Part shown: in pieces, positions 37,010-49,700 of the stretch | How positions within the stretch are numbered: the first letter of the stretch is position 1 | Layout of the letters: each line of letters begins with the position of its first letter | NCBI RefSeq assembly: GCF_000372725.1 | Contig: NW_005201269.1 | Span: 186,001-250,000 of the forward strand | Length of the DNA: 64,000 nucleotides | Direction: 5' to 3' | Source of the DNA: Emiliania huxleyi CCMP1516 | Lineage: Eukaryota | Program-made: the position numbers and the translations under genes | The notes under the pieces: model-generated | The model's input: the letters and a program-made list of their open reading frames with translations, nothing else | Told to the model about the DNA's origin: nothing | Databases searched by the model: none

Positions 37010-37906
37010 ACTAGGGGGTTATACACTCTCTGAGGCCTCAGACCCCCCTCTGAGGACGGGTCGGACCCCTGCCTTGGCGGCACAGAGGGTTTGACTCTGA
37101 CTCTGTGCCGCCTCTGTGGCCTCTCTTGGCTGATTTTGGCCTCAGAGGGTCCCCGGCCGAGGGTCTGTCTTGGCGCGGCACAGAGGGCGTTGACCTCAGA
37201 GGGTAGCCCCCTCTCGGCAGACAGAGGCGAGTCGCGAGAGCCCCGGGCGGAGGCCGGAGCGCCTAGCCCTCCACGAACGGCGCTGACCAGGGAGGGCGGG
37301 GAGGGGGCGGAAGCAGCGAGCATGACTAAGGCGCTACTCTACGCTTGCTGCTGCTGCAGGCTCGCCCACAGCGCCCGCGCCGACCCCTGCGCGACAGCTT
37401 CGCGCGGCCAGCGCGCAGCGGCGCCGCCGACCCGTCAACTTGAGTGAGGATGTGCTTGGAGCGGCCGCCCGAGGAGGAGGTAGTGATCTCCACATCCGTC
37501 CCCTGCTCCAGCTTGGCCATGAGGCGCCGCGGCGTCCTAGTGAACTCGAACTTGAGGTATCCGAAACCAATGGAAGCTGGGCCTGCTGGGGGGGGGGTTC
37601 TCTCTGCTTGGCTGGGGGGGGTTCTCTCTGCTTGGTGGGGGATCACGACAGACTTGAAATACCGCTGAAAACTCCCTCTGAGGAGCGGCCTCGCGGGGCT
37701 TGCCTTGGCGTCTCAGAGGGTCCCCGTAGCCTCAGAGGCTGCGCCGAGAGAGGCTGGCTTGGCGGCACAGGCCTTCAGAGGGTCGGCCCAGGCACCCTCT
37801 GAGCCGCTCGTGGATGGCCTCTCTTGGCACAGAGGGTACCCTCTGAGACGAGCAGATCTGGGCCCCCTTGCCTCAGACCCCCCCCCCTCTGACACAACCC
37901 CCTAGT
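37010..37906. mobile_element. hAT-like non-autonomous element with CCCTCTGAG subterminal repeats
   Basis: Ends actagggggtt / aaccccctagt, 8-bp flanks ATCGTGCC / ATCGTTCC, many ctctgag/ctcagag motifs near both ends. Confidence 0.65.
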
Positions 37907-38011
37907 ATCGTTCCCGGAGAAAAATCAAAAAAAGAATTTTTGGGATTTCCCCTTCGCCGCCCGCTTCGCGCTGCCGGACTGCTGCCTCCACACACGCTTT
38001 CTCCTCTGTAC

Positions 38012-40276
38012 ATGCTCCCGCTCCTCATGCTTCTGACCGCCTGCCGCGCCGCCGCCACGCGCACGCTCATCGGCGGCCGCAGCGCGCGCGTGCTCGCCTC
38101 CCGCTTCGCGCACGCGCCGGTCGCGAGCGCAGCTGCGGCGTCCTCCTCGGCTGCGGCCGCCACTGCCGCGGCTGCGCCGCCGAGCCTGGTGGCCGAGAGC
38201 AGGGTGCGCGTGGCGAGCCTGCTCGAGGGTGGCGAGGCGCGGCTGGGCGAGACGGTGGTGGTCAAGGGCTGGGTGCGCACCGTGCGGACGCAGAAGTCGT
38301 TTTCGTTCGTCGAGGTCAACGACGGCTCGTCGCTCAAGGGTGTGCAGGTGGTGGCGGAGGACGGGCTCGATTCGTACGACGTGGTGGACGCGCTGTCGAC
38401 CGGCGCGGCGGTGGCGGTGCGCGGCGAGGTGGTCGCCTCTCCCGCCAAGGAGCAGAGCATCGAGCTCCGGGCGTCGTTGGTCGAGCTGGTCGGCAGCTGC
38501 CCCGCGGACTCGTACCCGCTGCAGAAGAAGCGGCACTCGCTCGAGTTCCTGCGCTCGATCGCCCACCTGCGGCCGCGGACCAACACCATCGGCGCGGCGA
38601 TGCGCGTCCGCTCCGCCCTCTCCTTTGCCACGCACGAGTTCTTCCGCTCGCGCGGGTTTGTGCATGTCCACACGCCGCTGCTGACGGCGTCCGACTGCGA
38701 AGGCGCCGGCGAGATGTTCCGCGTCACCACGCTGCCGGCTGCGGGCGAGGCGGCGCAGCCTGCGGCCGCCGCCGCCGGCTGCGGAGACGACGTCGCGGCG
38801 CTCGACCGTGCGGTAAAGTCTGCTGGCGAGGCGGTGCGCGCGCTCAAGGAGGCGGCGGTGGTGGACAAGGAGGCGGTGGACGGGGCCGTGCAGGAGCTGC
38901 TCGCGCGCAAGGCGAAGCTGCAGGCGGCCACGGAGAAGCAGGTGGGCGACCCGTTCGCCGACGACTTCTTCGGTCGCGCCGCCTACCTGACCGTGTCGGG
39001 GCAGCTGTGAACAGCGTCTCTTCACACCTTCGGCTGTGAACAGGCCGCGCCGCCTACCTGACCGTGTCGGGGCAGCTGTGCGCGGAGACGTACGCGAGCG
39101 CGCTGGGGGACGTGTACACGTTCGGGCCCACGTTCCGCGCCGAGGACTCCAACACGGCGCGCCACCTCGCCGAGTTTTGGATGATCGAGCCCGAGATGGC
39201 CTTCACCGACCTCGCCGCAAACATGGACAACGCCGAGGCGTACGTCAAGCACGTGGTGCAGTACGCGCTCCGCTCGTGCGCCGACGACTTTGCGATGTTT
39301 GCGCAGTTCTACGACAAGGGCCTCAAGGCCCGGCTGCAGGCGCTCGTTGAGACGCCGTTCGCGCGCGTCTCGTACACGGAGGCGGTCGAGCTGCTGCGCG
39401 CAGAGATCGCAAAGGACCCGTCCAAGTGGGAGTACCCGTGCGTCGAGTTTGGGACGGACCTCGCCACCGAGCACGAGAGGTGGCTCGCCGAGGTCGCCTT
39501 CGGCAGCGCCGTCTTCGTCTACAACTACCCCAAGGCCCCTCGCCGCCCCCTTCCTCGCCTTTGCTCTCGCCGCCGCCCGCGCCGCGCCTTACCTCGCGCC
39601 GCCTTACCTCGCCGCCGCCGTCGCCCTCGCCGCCGCCGCTCAAGCCGCCGCCCTCGCTCTCGCCCCCGCCGCCCGTGATGCCTCGCCGCCACCGCCGTCG
39701 CAGGCCATCAAGGCCTTCTACATGCGAGACAACGACGACGGCGAGACGGGCCCAGAAGCGGAATACGTATTCTTGCACTCCGACTAGCGCTCGAGAGGAG
39801 GCGTACTCGCTGTATTCTACCGTATTCCGCTGTATTCACTGTATTCGTACCCCCTCGTACTCACGCGGTGCTCGGAATGCGATACCGTGCTCCCGGCCTG
39901 ATGTTGGCGTATTCAGCGCGTAGGCAAGACGGTTGCGGCGATGGACCTGCTCGTGCCCGGTACCTTCCCTGAACCTTCCCTGAATCTTCCTCTAGGCAAG
40001 ACGGTTGCGGCGATGGACCTGCTCGTGCCCGGTGTCGGCGAGCTCATCGGCGGCAGCCAGCGCGAGGAGCGGCTGCCGATGCTGCTGAGCAAGATGGAGG
40101 AGTCGGGGCTCGACCCGGAGGACTACTGGTGGTACGTCGACCTCCGCCGGTACGGGTCGGTCCCCCACTCGGGCTACGGACTCGGCTTCGAGCGGCTCGT
40201 CTGCTACGTCACCGGCATCCCAAACATCCGCGACGTGATCCCCTTCCCGCGCTACCCCGGCTCGTGCGACTTTTGA
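38012..40276 (+). CDS. asnS: Asparaginyl-tRNA synthetase, organelle-targeted, with a WHEP-like insertion
   Basis: [97 protein letters not shown]. Confidence 0.97.
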
Positions 40277-40661
40277 GGCGGCGGGGCGCGGCAACCAGTA
40301 GAGAGAGGGGCTGCGGTCCCCCTCTCTCCACAATTCGGCCGAGCCGGTAGTGGCGCTGGCGGCGGATGCACGCGTCATGGCTGTGGGCACTGCGGGTCAT
40401 GGCTGCGCTCCTGGCTGCCCCGTGTGTGTGGCTTTTTCGGGGGGAGACGTGTCAGCGGTGTCTGGTGCGCGGCGAGCCGACCGACAACTTTTCTTTTTCT
40501 GAATGTAATATCGTTGACATCGCGCGCACTCGCGTGGCGCAGCGCGTCTTTTGCGTAAAGCCGAGTCTACGAGAGAGCGAGACGAGCGCGAGGCCGCCTG
40601 TGACGTGTGACCCTGTGTGTGGTCTGTGCGGCTGCCGCTCGCCCCACGCTGCCCACACGCG

Positions 40662-41284
40662 TCACGACGCCTGCTCCGCCTCGCGCGAGCGGCGCAAGGC
40701 CCCATCGCTATGGTCGATCGAGCTCTTGATCAAGCAGCGCACCTGCGAGGGAGGGAGGCCCACTCGATCCGCAGGCGAGGCGTCATTGGTTGCGCCACTG
40801 CCGGAGGCCGCGCCGGGTCGTCGGGCGACCAGGACTCCCAGCCGCGTGTGCGCGCAAGGGCATCCGCGTGAAACTTGCGCGTCTCTGCGCCTCCGCGAAC
40901 GAAGGCTGCCGAGAATGGCGTCCTCGCCTCCTCGGCGTCCTCGTCGGAACCCGCCTCTGCCTCGGGATCCTCGTCGCCGGACTCCACGTCCTCCGTGCCG
41001 TCCTCCTCCTCGCCCAGCCCTTGGTCCTCGACTCGTCTAGCCGCGGCGGCTGCAACTTTCGCCTCGAGGTCAGGCCGCGACAGGAACTCATGCGCCTCGT
41101 ACTTTGCTGCTATGGCGATGTCCTCCGCAGTGACAGTCTCTCGCCCACACGAGGAGGCAAAGCGGGCGGCCGTGAGCGCCACCTCCTCTCCAAACACCTC
41201 GAGGATGACCTGCGCCTTGGCCACAAAGTCCTTGGCCGCAGCGTCGATGTCGCTGCAGTCGCCGCCGCCCTCGCCCGACCGCAT
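40662..41284 (-). CDS. Histone-fold-like acidic protein resembling a conserved phycodnavirus (NCLDV) hypothetical protein; intron at 40743-40813
   Basis: AARFASSCGRETVTAEDIAIAAKY, an acidic tract and WESWSPDDP. Removing the GC-AG intron gives VRCLIKSSID and a 183-aa product. Confidence 0.6.
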
Positions 41285-41344
41285 ATATGTACATGCGTCT
41301 CGTTCAAAGTGAGTTCTCGCGCCGAGAAGGAAAACACAAAGCCT

Positions 41345-41352
41345 CACACACG

Positions 41353-41384
<32 letters not shown>

Positions 41385-41391
41385 CACACAC

Positions 41392-41490
<99 letters not shown>

Positions 41491-41688
41491 CACACGCACA
41501 CACACCTCGACACACACACACACACACACACCGCTCACACCCCCACGCCGCGCGCACTGGGCCTTGGCCCTTGCGCACTTTTAATGCCGTGGGGCTCCTC
41601 CTGTCGTTAGATGTGGGGAGACGCGAGGGTCGCCCCCCCTTGCCCCACCACCTCGTGTGTGTGGAAAAAGTTTCCTTCTTACCTTAGT
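41345..41688 (+). mobile_element. SINE-like element copy B with a (CA)n head (intergenic)
   Basis: Homologous core to 22520-22665. Confidence 0.65.
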
Positions 41689-42048
41689 TTGGCTCTACAA
41701 ATATCGCGCGCGGATAAGGCGCGCGCGCGCGCGCGCGCGCGCGAGGTGTCCACCGCCGAGGTGGCGGAAGTAGTGTTAATGCCCGGGAACACAAAGACGC
41801 CCAACGTTCTCCAGCCCTCTAGCTCCAGCCGATGGCGTCAACACCGCCGTGTGTTTCGCTGTGTTTCCCGCTTTCCCCGCCCCCCCCCCAAACAAGGCCA
41901 AAGTCGCGTTCTATGCTCCAGAGCAGTCGCAGACTCCATGCTCCAGAGCAGTCGCAGACGCTGCAGCACCACCTCATCAGCAGTGCCCCAACGTCGAGCC
42001 TCCAGCGGGATCCCAGAATCCTGCTTCGCCACAGGCTCGGGTCTCGCG

Positions 42049-44812
42049 TCACGCGAGGTCGTTTATCGCCTTCTGCAAACGAGCGATGTAATTTCCGGTC
42101 ATATGGTTTGCCCCAGACACACCATCTTGCCACGGGGTAAAGTCCATGTCCTTGTGCGTGCACGTCATGTCACCGCCGCCCCAGAAAGTGATGGCCTGGT
42201 TGATGTAAATGCCACCGTTGCCAATGTGCTTGTACCCAAACGTCGATGGCGGAAGAGACGGCACATTGTCACCATAGTTTGTGAGGCGCTGGGTAAGGAT
42301 CTTGCCGTCTGGGATGTTTGCGTAGCTCTCAGCCCACACTGATGATAAGGGAGCCACCAGTGACTGAGCCCTATTGTACGAGTCGGAGTCGCTGTGGAAG
42401 ACGCGTGGGGAGCCGGCGGTCTGCAAGAGTACCTTGGCGCCGATGTTGGCCAGCTCGACAGCGCACAGGTTTGCGAGGGCCCCGCCCAGCGAATGGCCGA
42501 CCACACGCACCAAGGTGCCTCTGCTGATACTGTTTAAGGTCTGAAGCAGCCCATTCGGCTGGAGGTACTTGAGCTCGAGGTACTGACCGACGAAGCCGAG
42601 GCCAGCACTGTAGCTCGTGCCGCCGAGCTCGACCGCGGTGCTGAAGGCCGACACAGCATCGGCTTGGATGTCGGACGTGGACGCGAAATCCGTTCCAGAG
42701 AAGCCGAAAACCATGATTCCGTTGAGCATTGCGGTATAGCCATAGCCTCCAGACTGCGGCCCAGAGTACGTCATTATCGAGGTCAGGGAGAGCCCAGAGG
42801 GCAACGGCTCCCCCAACTCTAGGTTGTATGAGGCAAGCGCCAAATTGACACCCTCGCGGGCGGCTACGATTGCATCCCTGCTGAGTAGTTGCCCTGACTG
42901 AAACCGTTCGTCAGAAGAAACTGGCGGCGAGGGGGACGGCGAGGGCACTAAGGGAGACGGCGGCGGCGGCGGCCTCACGAGGACGCAGTGGTCGGTGTAT
43001 TGGTCGCTGCCAATGTTGTCGTCCCAGCCACTGTCCGGGTAGACGACGAGCCCCGAGACTTCCGATGCGGATTGCAGGCGCCACGCGTTCGTGACCACCA
43101 CGACGTCGCCTGTGCTCAGCACGACCTCGTTGGCGGCCGTCCCCGGCCATGCGGCGTGCGCCCCTCGTGGATCGCCTTCAGGATTGAGGAAGGCGAGCGA
43201 GTCGCAGTTCCAGTCGAGGATGTACGCGCACGTCGGGCTAGCGAGGCACGCGTCCATCGCCTCTCGGAGGTTTTGGTTTACTCCCTGGTGAGACTCCTGT
43301 GAGTACGAGCTGACCTTGCCATAGTACCACGCCGAAGGTGGCGGAGGGTCAGGAATGGGGGGGAACCGGACATTCCACGCGAGTACAAAGTCGCCGCTGC
43401 CGGACGAGTATGCGTCCACGATGAAGAACGCCGTCTGAGTCGAGCCCTGAGTGTTGGTCCACGAGTGCTGCAAGGTGTCCGGATCGTCGGTGCATGCGAT
43501 GGGATTGTCGCCTGGGCAGCTCCCGCCCCAACGCGTCTCGTGCCTCGAGTCATACGTGTTGGACGTCATTCCGATCGTGAGCTCGCCTCCTGGCAGCACC
43601 TCGACGTAGAATATTCTCTCATTGCCGGAGCACGCCACCTCGCATGTGTTGTATTGGGCCGGATCACATCCCTTTTCCATAGCCTTTCGGCCGCCGCCGC
43701 AGTCGCAGAACCCGCTCCATCCAGACTCGATCGTTGTGGTGCAGCCCTTATCGTTTCCCGACTCGCGGGGTCCATCCGGATCGCAACCTCCAGTCTGCTT
43801 CCATCCGAGGCAGCCACAGCTCGTGCCATGCGTGTTGGGAGCGCCGTCGGTGCTCAATGACAGCGGGGAGGTTTGAGTGGACAGGTCCAGCGCCGTGTCG
43901 CAGGAAGATGGCGTGGGCGGCGGCGGCGACGGCGAGCTGGAGGGCGGCGGCGGGGCAGGGGGCGGCGGCGGCGGCGGGCCCTCCCACACGCGGATGGAGC
44001 TCGCGTCGTTGTTGGGAAAGGAGTCGCAGCAGTCGTACTCGCCCGGGCCAAACTCGCGCGACCAGCCGCTGAAGCTGTGCTCGTAGAGGACGACGTGGCA
44101 GTCCGGCCCGCCCTCCACTATCAGGCTCGACGTTTCGTCATTCGGGAAGAACGAGCAGCAGGCGTAGTCGCCCGGGCCAAACTCGCGCTCCCAGCCGCTG
44201 AAGCCGCCGTTCTGGAAGAGCTTGGCCACGCAGGGCGGGAGGAAGTCTCTGACCTCGGATGCGGAGAGCACGCTGCTTGCCATGGCGAGGTGTGCGATCT
44301 CCCCGAGGAAGACCGCGTCAGCCACCCCGTTGTTATGAAATGATGGGGGCATCGCGGTGTACATCCTGGTGTCCAATCCCGTTGGGAAGGCAGGGAAGCT
44401 GCTTGAGCTTGCCACCTGAGTGCCATCAACGAAAAGCACGACTGTGCCCGCGCTGCTCCGGGTGGCCGCCACGTAGTGTTGCACACCGTCGAAGAGGTAG
44501 GGTGAGGAGGCTTTCACGGAAGTCCATCTTTCCGTGGGTGAAATTCTGTATTCGCCATATTCCAAGAGGCCATCGCGATGGATCCTGAATTCGAAGCCTT
44601 GCTTCTTGCTCAGCCCTACATTGGTAACACGAGACCACCACGTTTGCCGGTCCAAGAGAGAGGCACCGGCGCTGTCCTGAGAAGGTGCGTGGTCCCTCTT
44701 GACTGCCCATGCGCGCGAGGCTGTGTAGGCATAGCCTCGAGAGTGCCAGCAGCCAATCCGAGGCGACGCGCATTGCGCCAGAAGCGTGCACGCAGCTGGA
44801 AGGACACCTTCC
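42049..44812 (-). CDS. Multidomain protein: LamG-like, beta/gamma-crystallin, Pro linkers, Cys-rich module, class 3 lipase; N-terminus unresolved
   Basis: HYVAATR..LFVDG (LamG); two repeats of LF/YE..FSGW.REFGPG.Y..FPND..SS (crystallin Greek keys); VVGHSLGGALANL, DNVPSLP and NHMTGNY (lipase 3). The frame stays open upstream of 44655 without an ATG. Confidence 0.8.
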
Positions 44813-46799
44813 TACTGGCCGTACGATCAGGTTGTCACTGAATGCTTCATACTAAGGCCGCGAGCTATGCAGGTGATCAATTGTGCAGCATGGCACGGTC
44901 AGCAGCGCCGACAGGCTGTCGCAAGGCGTGATAGCATGGCCGCAAGTACGCCGAATTCCCATGAAAACAAGTAAAAAATCGCGCAAAAAAGAAAAAAAGC
45001 TAAAAAGCTACGGCGCCTGCGGCGGGCCATGGGACCCCATCGCCCCCCCGCATGGATACCCTCTAGAGCCCCCGCGAACCCCCAGAGAGGACACTAGGCA
45101 CGGGACTAAGGACCACATAAAGATTGATTCTCGCCCCTGTACTCGCAGAGTGTGGGTAAACCATAAAAGTAGGTTTGAATTCGTCCACGTAAGGCTTGGT
45201 GAGTGGTTGGGGTGGCCTCAGGCATCCCCAAGGGAGCCTCTGCGGTGCCACATAAGCAGCTTAGTGATTGTCGAGACTTTAAAGGATTCGTTTGAAGAAA
45301 CGCAAACAAGACAAACGGTACGTATGGTCACCAGTAAAAACGAAAATTCGACTTTGAGGGATCATATCTCAAAAGGCTGGGTGAGAGCATAGCGTTATTG
45401 TTGCATATTAGGCCACATAAGGTCAAACTCGACCCCACAAGCGTCAAGAACCCGATGCTCCGGCTCGACTGTGCCGGCACACTGCCTCCTCGCGCCAGCT
45501 GCTCGCAGGCCGTCGCGGCCCGTGGTGCACCAGAGAGAGAGGTCGACACGTTGCCCCCGCCGGCGAGTCCGCGCGGCTCAGGCCGGCCAGAAGGTGTGTG
45601 GTGGCGGCACCGTGGCAGGATTGCGGAGAAGAGCTCGCCGAACGCGAGCAGCAGATGGCCAAAGTGTGCCAGCGCGAGAGCCTCGCGAGCGGGCGCAGAA
45701 GGAGCTCGCCGTGACACGATGCCGGGCGGTGGTGGTGCTCTGGCGGCTGTGCACAGTGGGCAGGGTCAGGCTGCAGCAGGGCAGCACGATGGTAGTGCCC
45801 TGCTGCAGCCTGGTCTGACATGCACAGGGCGAACAGAGGCGGTACTATCGTCCGGCGCTCGTCGTCGAATCTGGGCCAACTTCGACCGCCGCCACAGCTC
45901 GCCACGAGCACGCAGCGACAAAATGTTGACTGTACGGAAGTTGAGGCTGGTCGAGAGGAAAAGGCTGCCGTGCAAGCCGGCAGCAGGCCGGCTCGGCGTG
46001 GACTGCCGCGGCGACTTTTATGGGCTTCTCTGTTCATAGTACCGTATACGGTACTATGGTTTACCCACACTAAGCGAGTAACTATTGATATTGATTATTG
46101 ACAGCATCCCCTCTAACTATTGACAATATATTGATCCCTCTCAAGCTTTTGTTGGACTTTTTTTTCGCGGGTTTTTTGTCCGACCGCACGACAGTTGCGA
46201 GCATGACAGAGCCTCAATCTCCTTCAAGCACTGTGGCGTCAGGCCAGGCTGCGGCGGCTGGGCCGGCGAGGCGTCGGCTGCCGGCTGGTTGCGCCCGGGA
46301 TGGTTAGCAGCGAACATGGCGCTCGCCGAAGGGCAAAAATCAGGAGAAAAAAAGTAATAGTGTCCTCACGTCCAGCAGTCCGTCGCGAACGTACAACGAA
46401 CGGCCGGGACCACGGGAGCAGCCCTAGCCCCTCTAACCATTGCAATATATAATCGCATCTCTAACTATTGGAGCAATATATTCAATATTTTATGCGGTCC
46501 TTACACGGGACTGGCACAACAAAGAACCCTGCACAAAGATCGCAAGGCCAAGGGCGGGGTGTCCGGGGACCTGTTCTTTTTTACCCACATCACAGTAGTC
46601 AGTAGAGAGGTGTGCGTTTTTATTTATTTATTTAGGGGCCCCTAAAGGCCCTGTGGGCGAACGAGGCTCCCTAGCCCCGTCGATGTGCCCTCTCTGTCTC
46701 TCCGCACTCCGGCCCTATCCCTGGGACAGGCGCCTCCCCCCATCTCACCCCCCTGACGGCCAGCGCCACCTCTCCCGTCGGGTGCTTCGCGCCGAGCTC

Positions 46800-49700
46800 C
46801 TAGTTTAAGTCGTCGGCGGGGACCCGGCACTGCCCGCAGAACCGCTTGCTGGTGCCGCGCATGCGCTGCTCCTGCGGGGAAAGCATGTGCTTCGCCCAGT
46901 TTCCGCCCTCCGTCCTCGGCCGCACCTCAGGGCACGAGCCGCCGAGCCCGTCGCAGCGGAAGAATGGGCCGCCCACCGCCGCCTTGCGCTCCTCCGTCCA
47001 GGGGAGGTTAGGCCTCGGAACGTTAGCGGAACCTTCCGTGGACGGCCTTGCCTTGCGCCTGCCAGCGGGCAGGCAGGAGGTGTGCAGGAGCAGAGAGGAG
47101 GAGGAGAGGAGGAGGCGGGCTCGAAAAGGCGTCCGCTCCCCACAGCAAAGGGACCGGGGACGGAGGCATCTAGGAGGCCATTCCATGCCTCCCAGCTCCC
47201 AGCTGCCGAGTCCGTCCTCGCATTCTTCGCCGCCGCCGCAGCCTCTGCTCCCGCCGCCGCGTCCACTGCCGCAGCCGCCTCTGCAGGTCGTTTGGAACGC
47301 CTCGTGCCTGCGGCCACCTCCGCCGCCCCTCCGGCAGCCCCGATCGAGCGCTTCGGCGCGGCCTCGGCGCCGGCCTCGCGGCGGGCGCCGGTTTCGTTGT
47401 CCGCTGCTGCCTCTGCCGCCTCTGCTGCCTCTGTTTCCTCTGCCGCCGCCGCCGCCTCTGCCGCCGCCGCCTCTGCCACCGCCGCCTCTGCCGCCGCCGC
47501 CTCTGCCGCCGCCGCCTCTGCCGCCGCCGCCACGAGCGGGCGGACACCGCTGCTCGGCATGGTGACACCGCTGCCCCGGCCGGCGGCGGAGAGCACCGCG
47601 TCGCCCTCCTCCTTGCAAGCGTCGCACCACACGCCCCCGGCGGTGCGGCCACCGCACAGCCCGGGGCACGGAGCCCACTTCCCGCCGCTGCGCTTCGGAT
47701 TCGCCACGGAGCGCAGCGCCGCGCCGCGAGCCGGGTCGGTGCCGGCGGCGGCGGGCGCGGCGCGTGCGGCGGCGCGTGCTGCGGCTGGCGCGGTGCGTGC
47801 GGCGGGTGCGGCGGCGGCGGGTGGCATAGCGGGAGCCATGGCGGGCGGTCTTGCGGGCGCCTTGGCGGGTGGTGCCTTGGCGGTCGGCTTGGCGGGTGGC
47901 GCGGCGGTGTCGCGCGTGTGGCCGCTCTTCCCGCCCAAGCCACCGCCGACGTACGTCTCTCCAGTCGGCATGCAACTGGGCACGCGAGAGCTGCGACGGA
48001 AGGCCGCTGCCGCCGCCGCCGCCGACGCCGCTGCCGCTGCTGCCGCTGCTGCCCCCGCCGCTGCCTCCGCACGCCCCTGCGCCGCCCCGGACGCCGCTGC
48101 CTCCTCCGCCGCCTCCTCCTCTGGCGGGGGCGTGCCGGGGCACTCCGGCACAGCGCGGCGGCTGTGTCGGTGAGCGATCTTACAGGCCTCGCGCCGCTCC
48201 TGGCGCTGCTCACACCGGGCGACCACCGTCGCCGCGTGCTCGCCGGCCGTCTGAGGGTCGGCCACGTGCCGCGCGTAGGCCACCGCCGCCGCCGCGGCGG
48301 TGGGAAACCTGCCCAGACGGATCTTGCGGCCGCGCACGTTGAAGTATGCCTCGAACGCGCCGTCGAGGGGCGAGACGCCCTTGTAGCCCGTCATGTTCCC
48401 ATCCTTGCGGTGGAGCTGCAGCCCTTCCGCCGCCGCCGCCGCGAGCACCTCCTCCTCCGTCGGAGGCGGCGGCGGCGGCGCCTCCTCTTCGACGCCGTTC
48501 TCGTTGACGTACCGCGCGTACGCCTCCGCCGCCTCGAGCACGGTATCGTACACGCCCAGCCGCACCTGTCAGCCAGCCAGTCAGTCAGTCAGTGGTTCAC
48601 ACGTCCTCGCACGGACGACGGGGCACGCGCACTCGCGGAACACACGGCGGCATTGCACACGAGGCGGTGCGTGCGTCCTCAGGGAAAGGCTTCACCACAG
48701 ACAACCGTGCTAGACAACCGTGCTATCGTCGGAAGTGGCAGCGGTGGAGGACCCCCACTCACGCCCCCCCCCCCCCCCCCCACGAGCGCCCGCATCGACC
48801 ACTACTTCGACCAACCGCACCTTGCGGCCCGCAAAGTAGTACGCCTCGAAGCCGCCGCTGTTGAACTTGGAGACGCCCTTGTAGCCGGTGCCACCCTTGC
48901 CGAGGTGCAGCCGGAGGCCGCCCGCCTCCGCCTCCGCCGCCTCCGACGTCTCCGCCGCCTCTACCGCCGAATCGCGGAGCGTGGCCGCCTCCCCGCCCGC
49001 CGCCTCCCCGCCCGCCGCCGCCGCCGCCGCCTCGGCAGCCGCCTCCGCTGCGGGCAGCGCCTCGTCCGCCTCTCCACCTCCCGCCGCCGCCTCTCTCTCT
49101 GCCACCCCCCGCTCCTCTGGTGGGGCCGCCTCCCGCTCCTCTCCACCTCCCGCCGCCGCCTCTCTCTCCGGCGCCTCACCGACCACGCGCGCGAACGCCA
49201 CCGCCGCCTCCACCGCCGTGCCGTACAGCCCGATGTAGATGCACCGCTTCCCCTCGTAGCGCTGCGCGCGGAAGCGGCCGTAGGCGGCCTGCGTCACGCC
49301 CTTGTAGCCCGTGCCGCTGTGGCGCACTCCGGTGCCACAGAGGTGCAGCCTCAACCCCTCCGCCTCTGCCACCACACCCCCTGGGCCGGCCGTGGCCGCC
49401 TCCTCGGCCATCTCCTCCTCCTCCGCCGCCGCCTCTGCCTCCTCCTCCGCCTGCGCCTCCGCCGCCTGCGCCTGCGCCTCCGCCGCCTCCGCCTGCGCCT
49501 CCGCCGCCTGCGCCTCCGCCGCCTGCGCCTGCGCCTCCTCCGCCGCCGCCTCTGCCTCCTCCTCCGCCTGCGCCTCCGCCGCCACCGCTCTTGGCACCTC
49601 CCCCGCCTGCGAAGGGCAGGGGGGCTGGGTCTAGAAGGGGAGAGGAGAGGAGGGGGGGGGTGGAGGGGCGAGGGCTGTCGCGCCTCTTCCGAGAGGGCGT

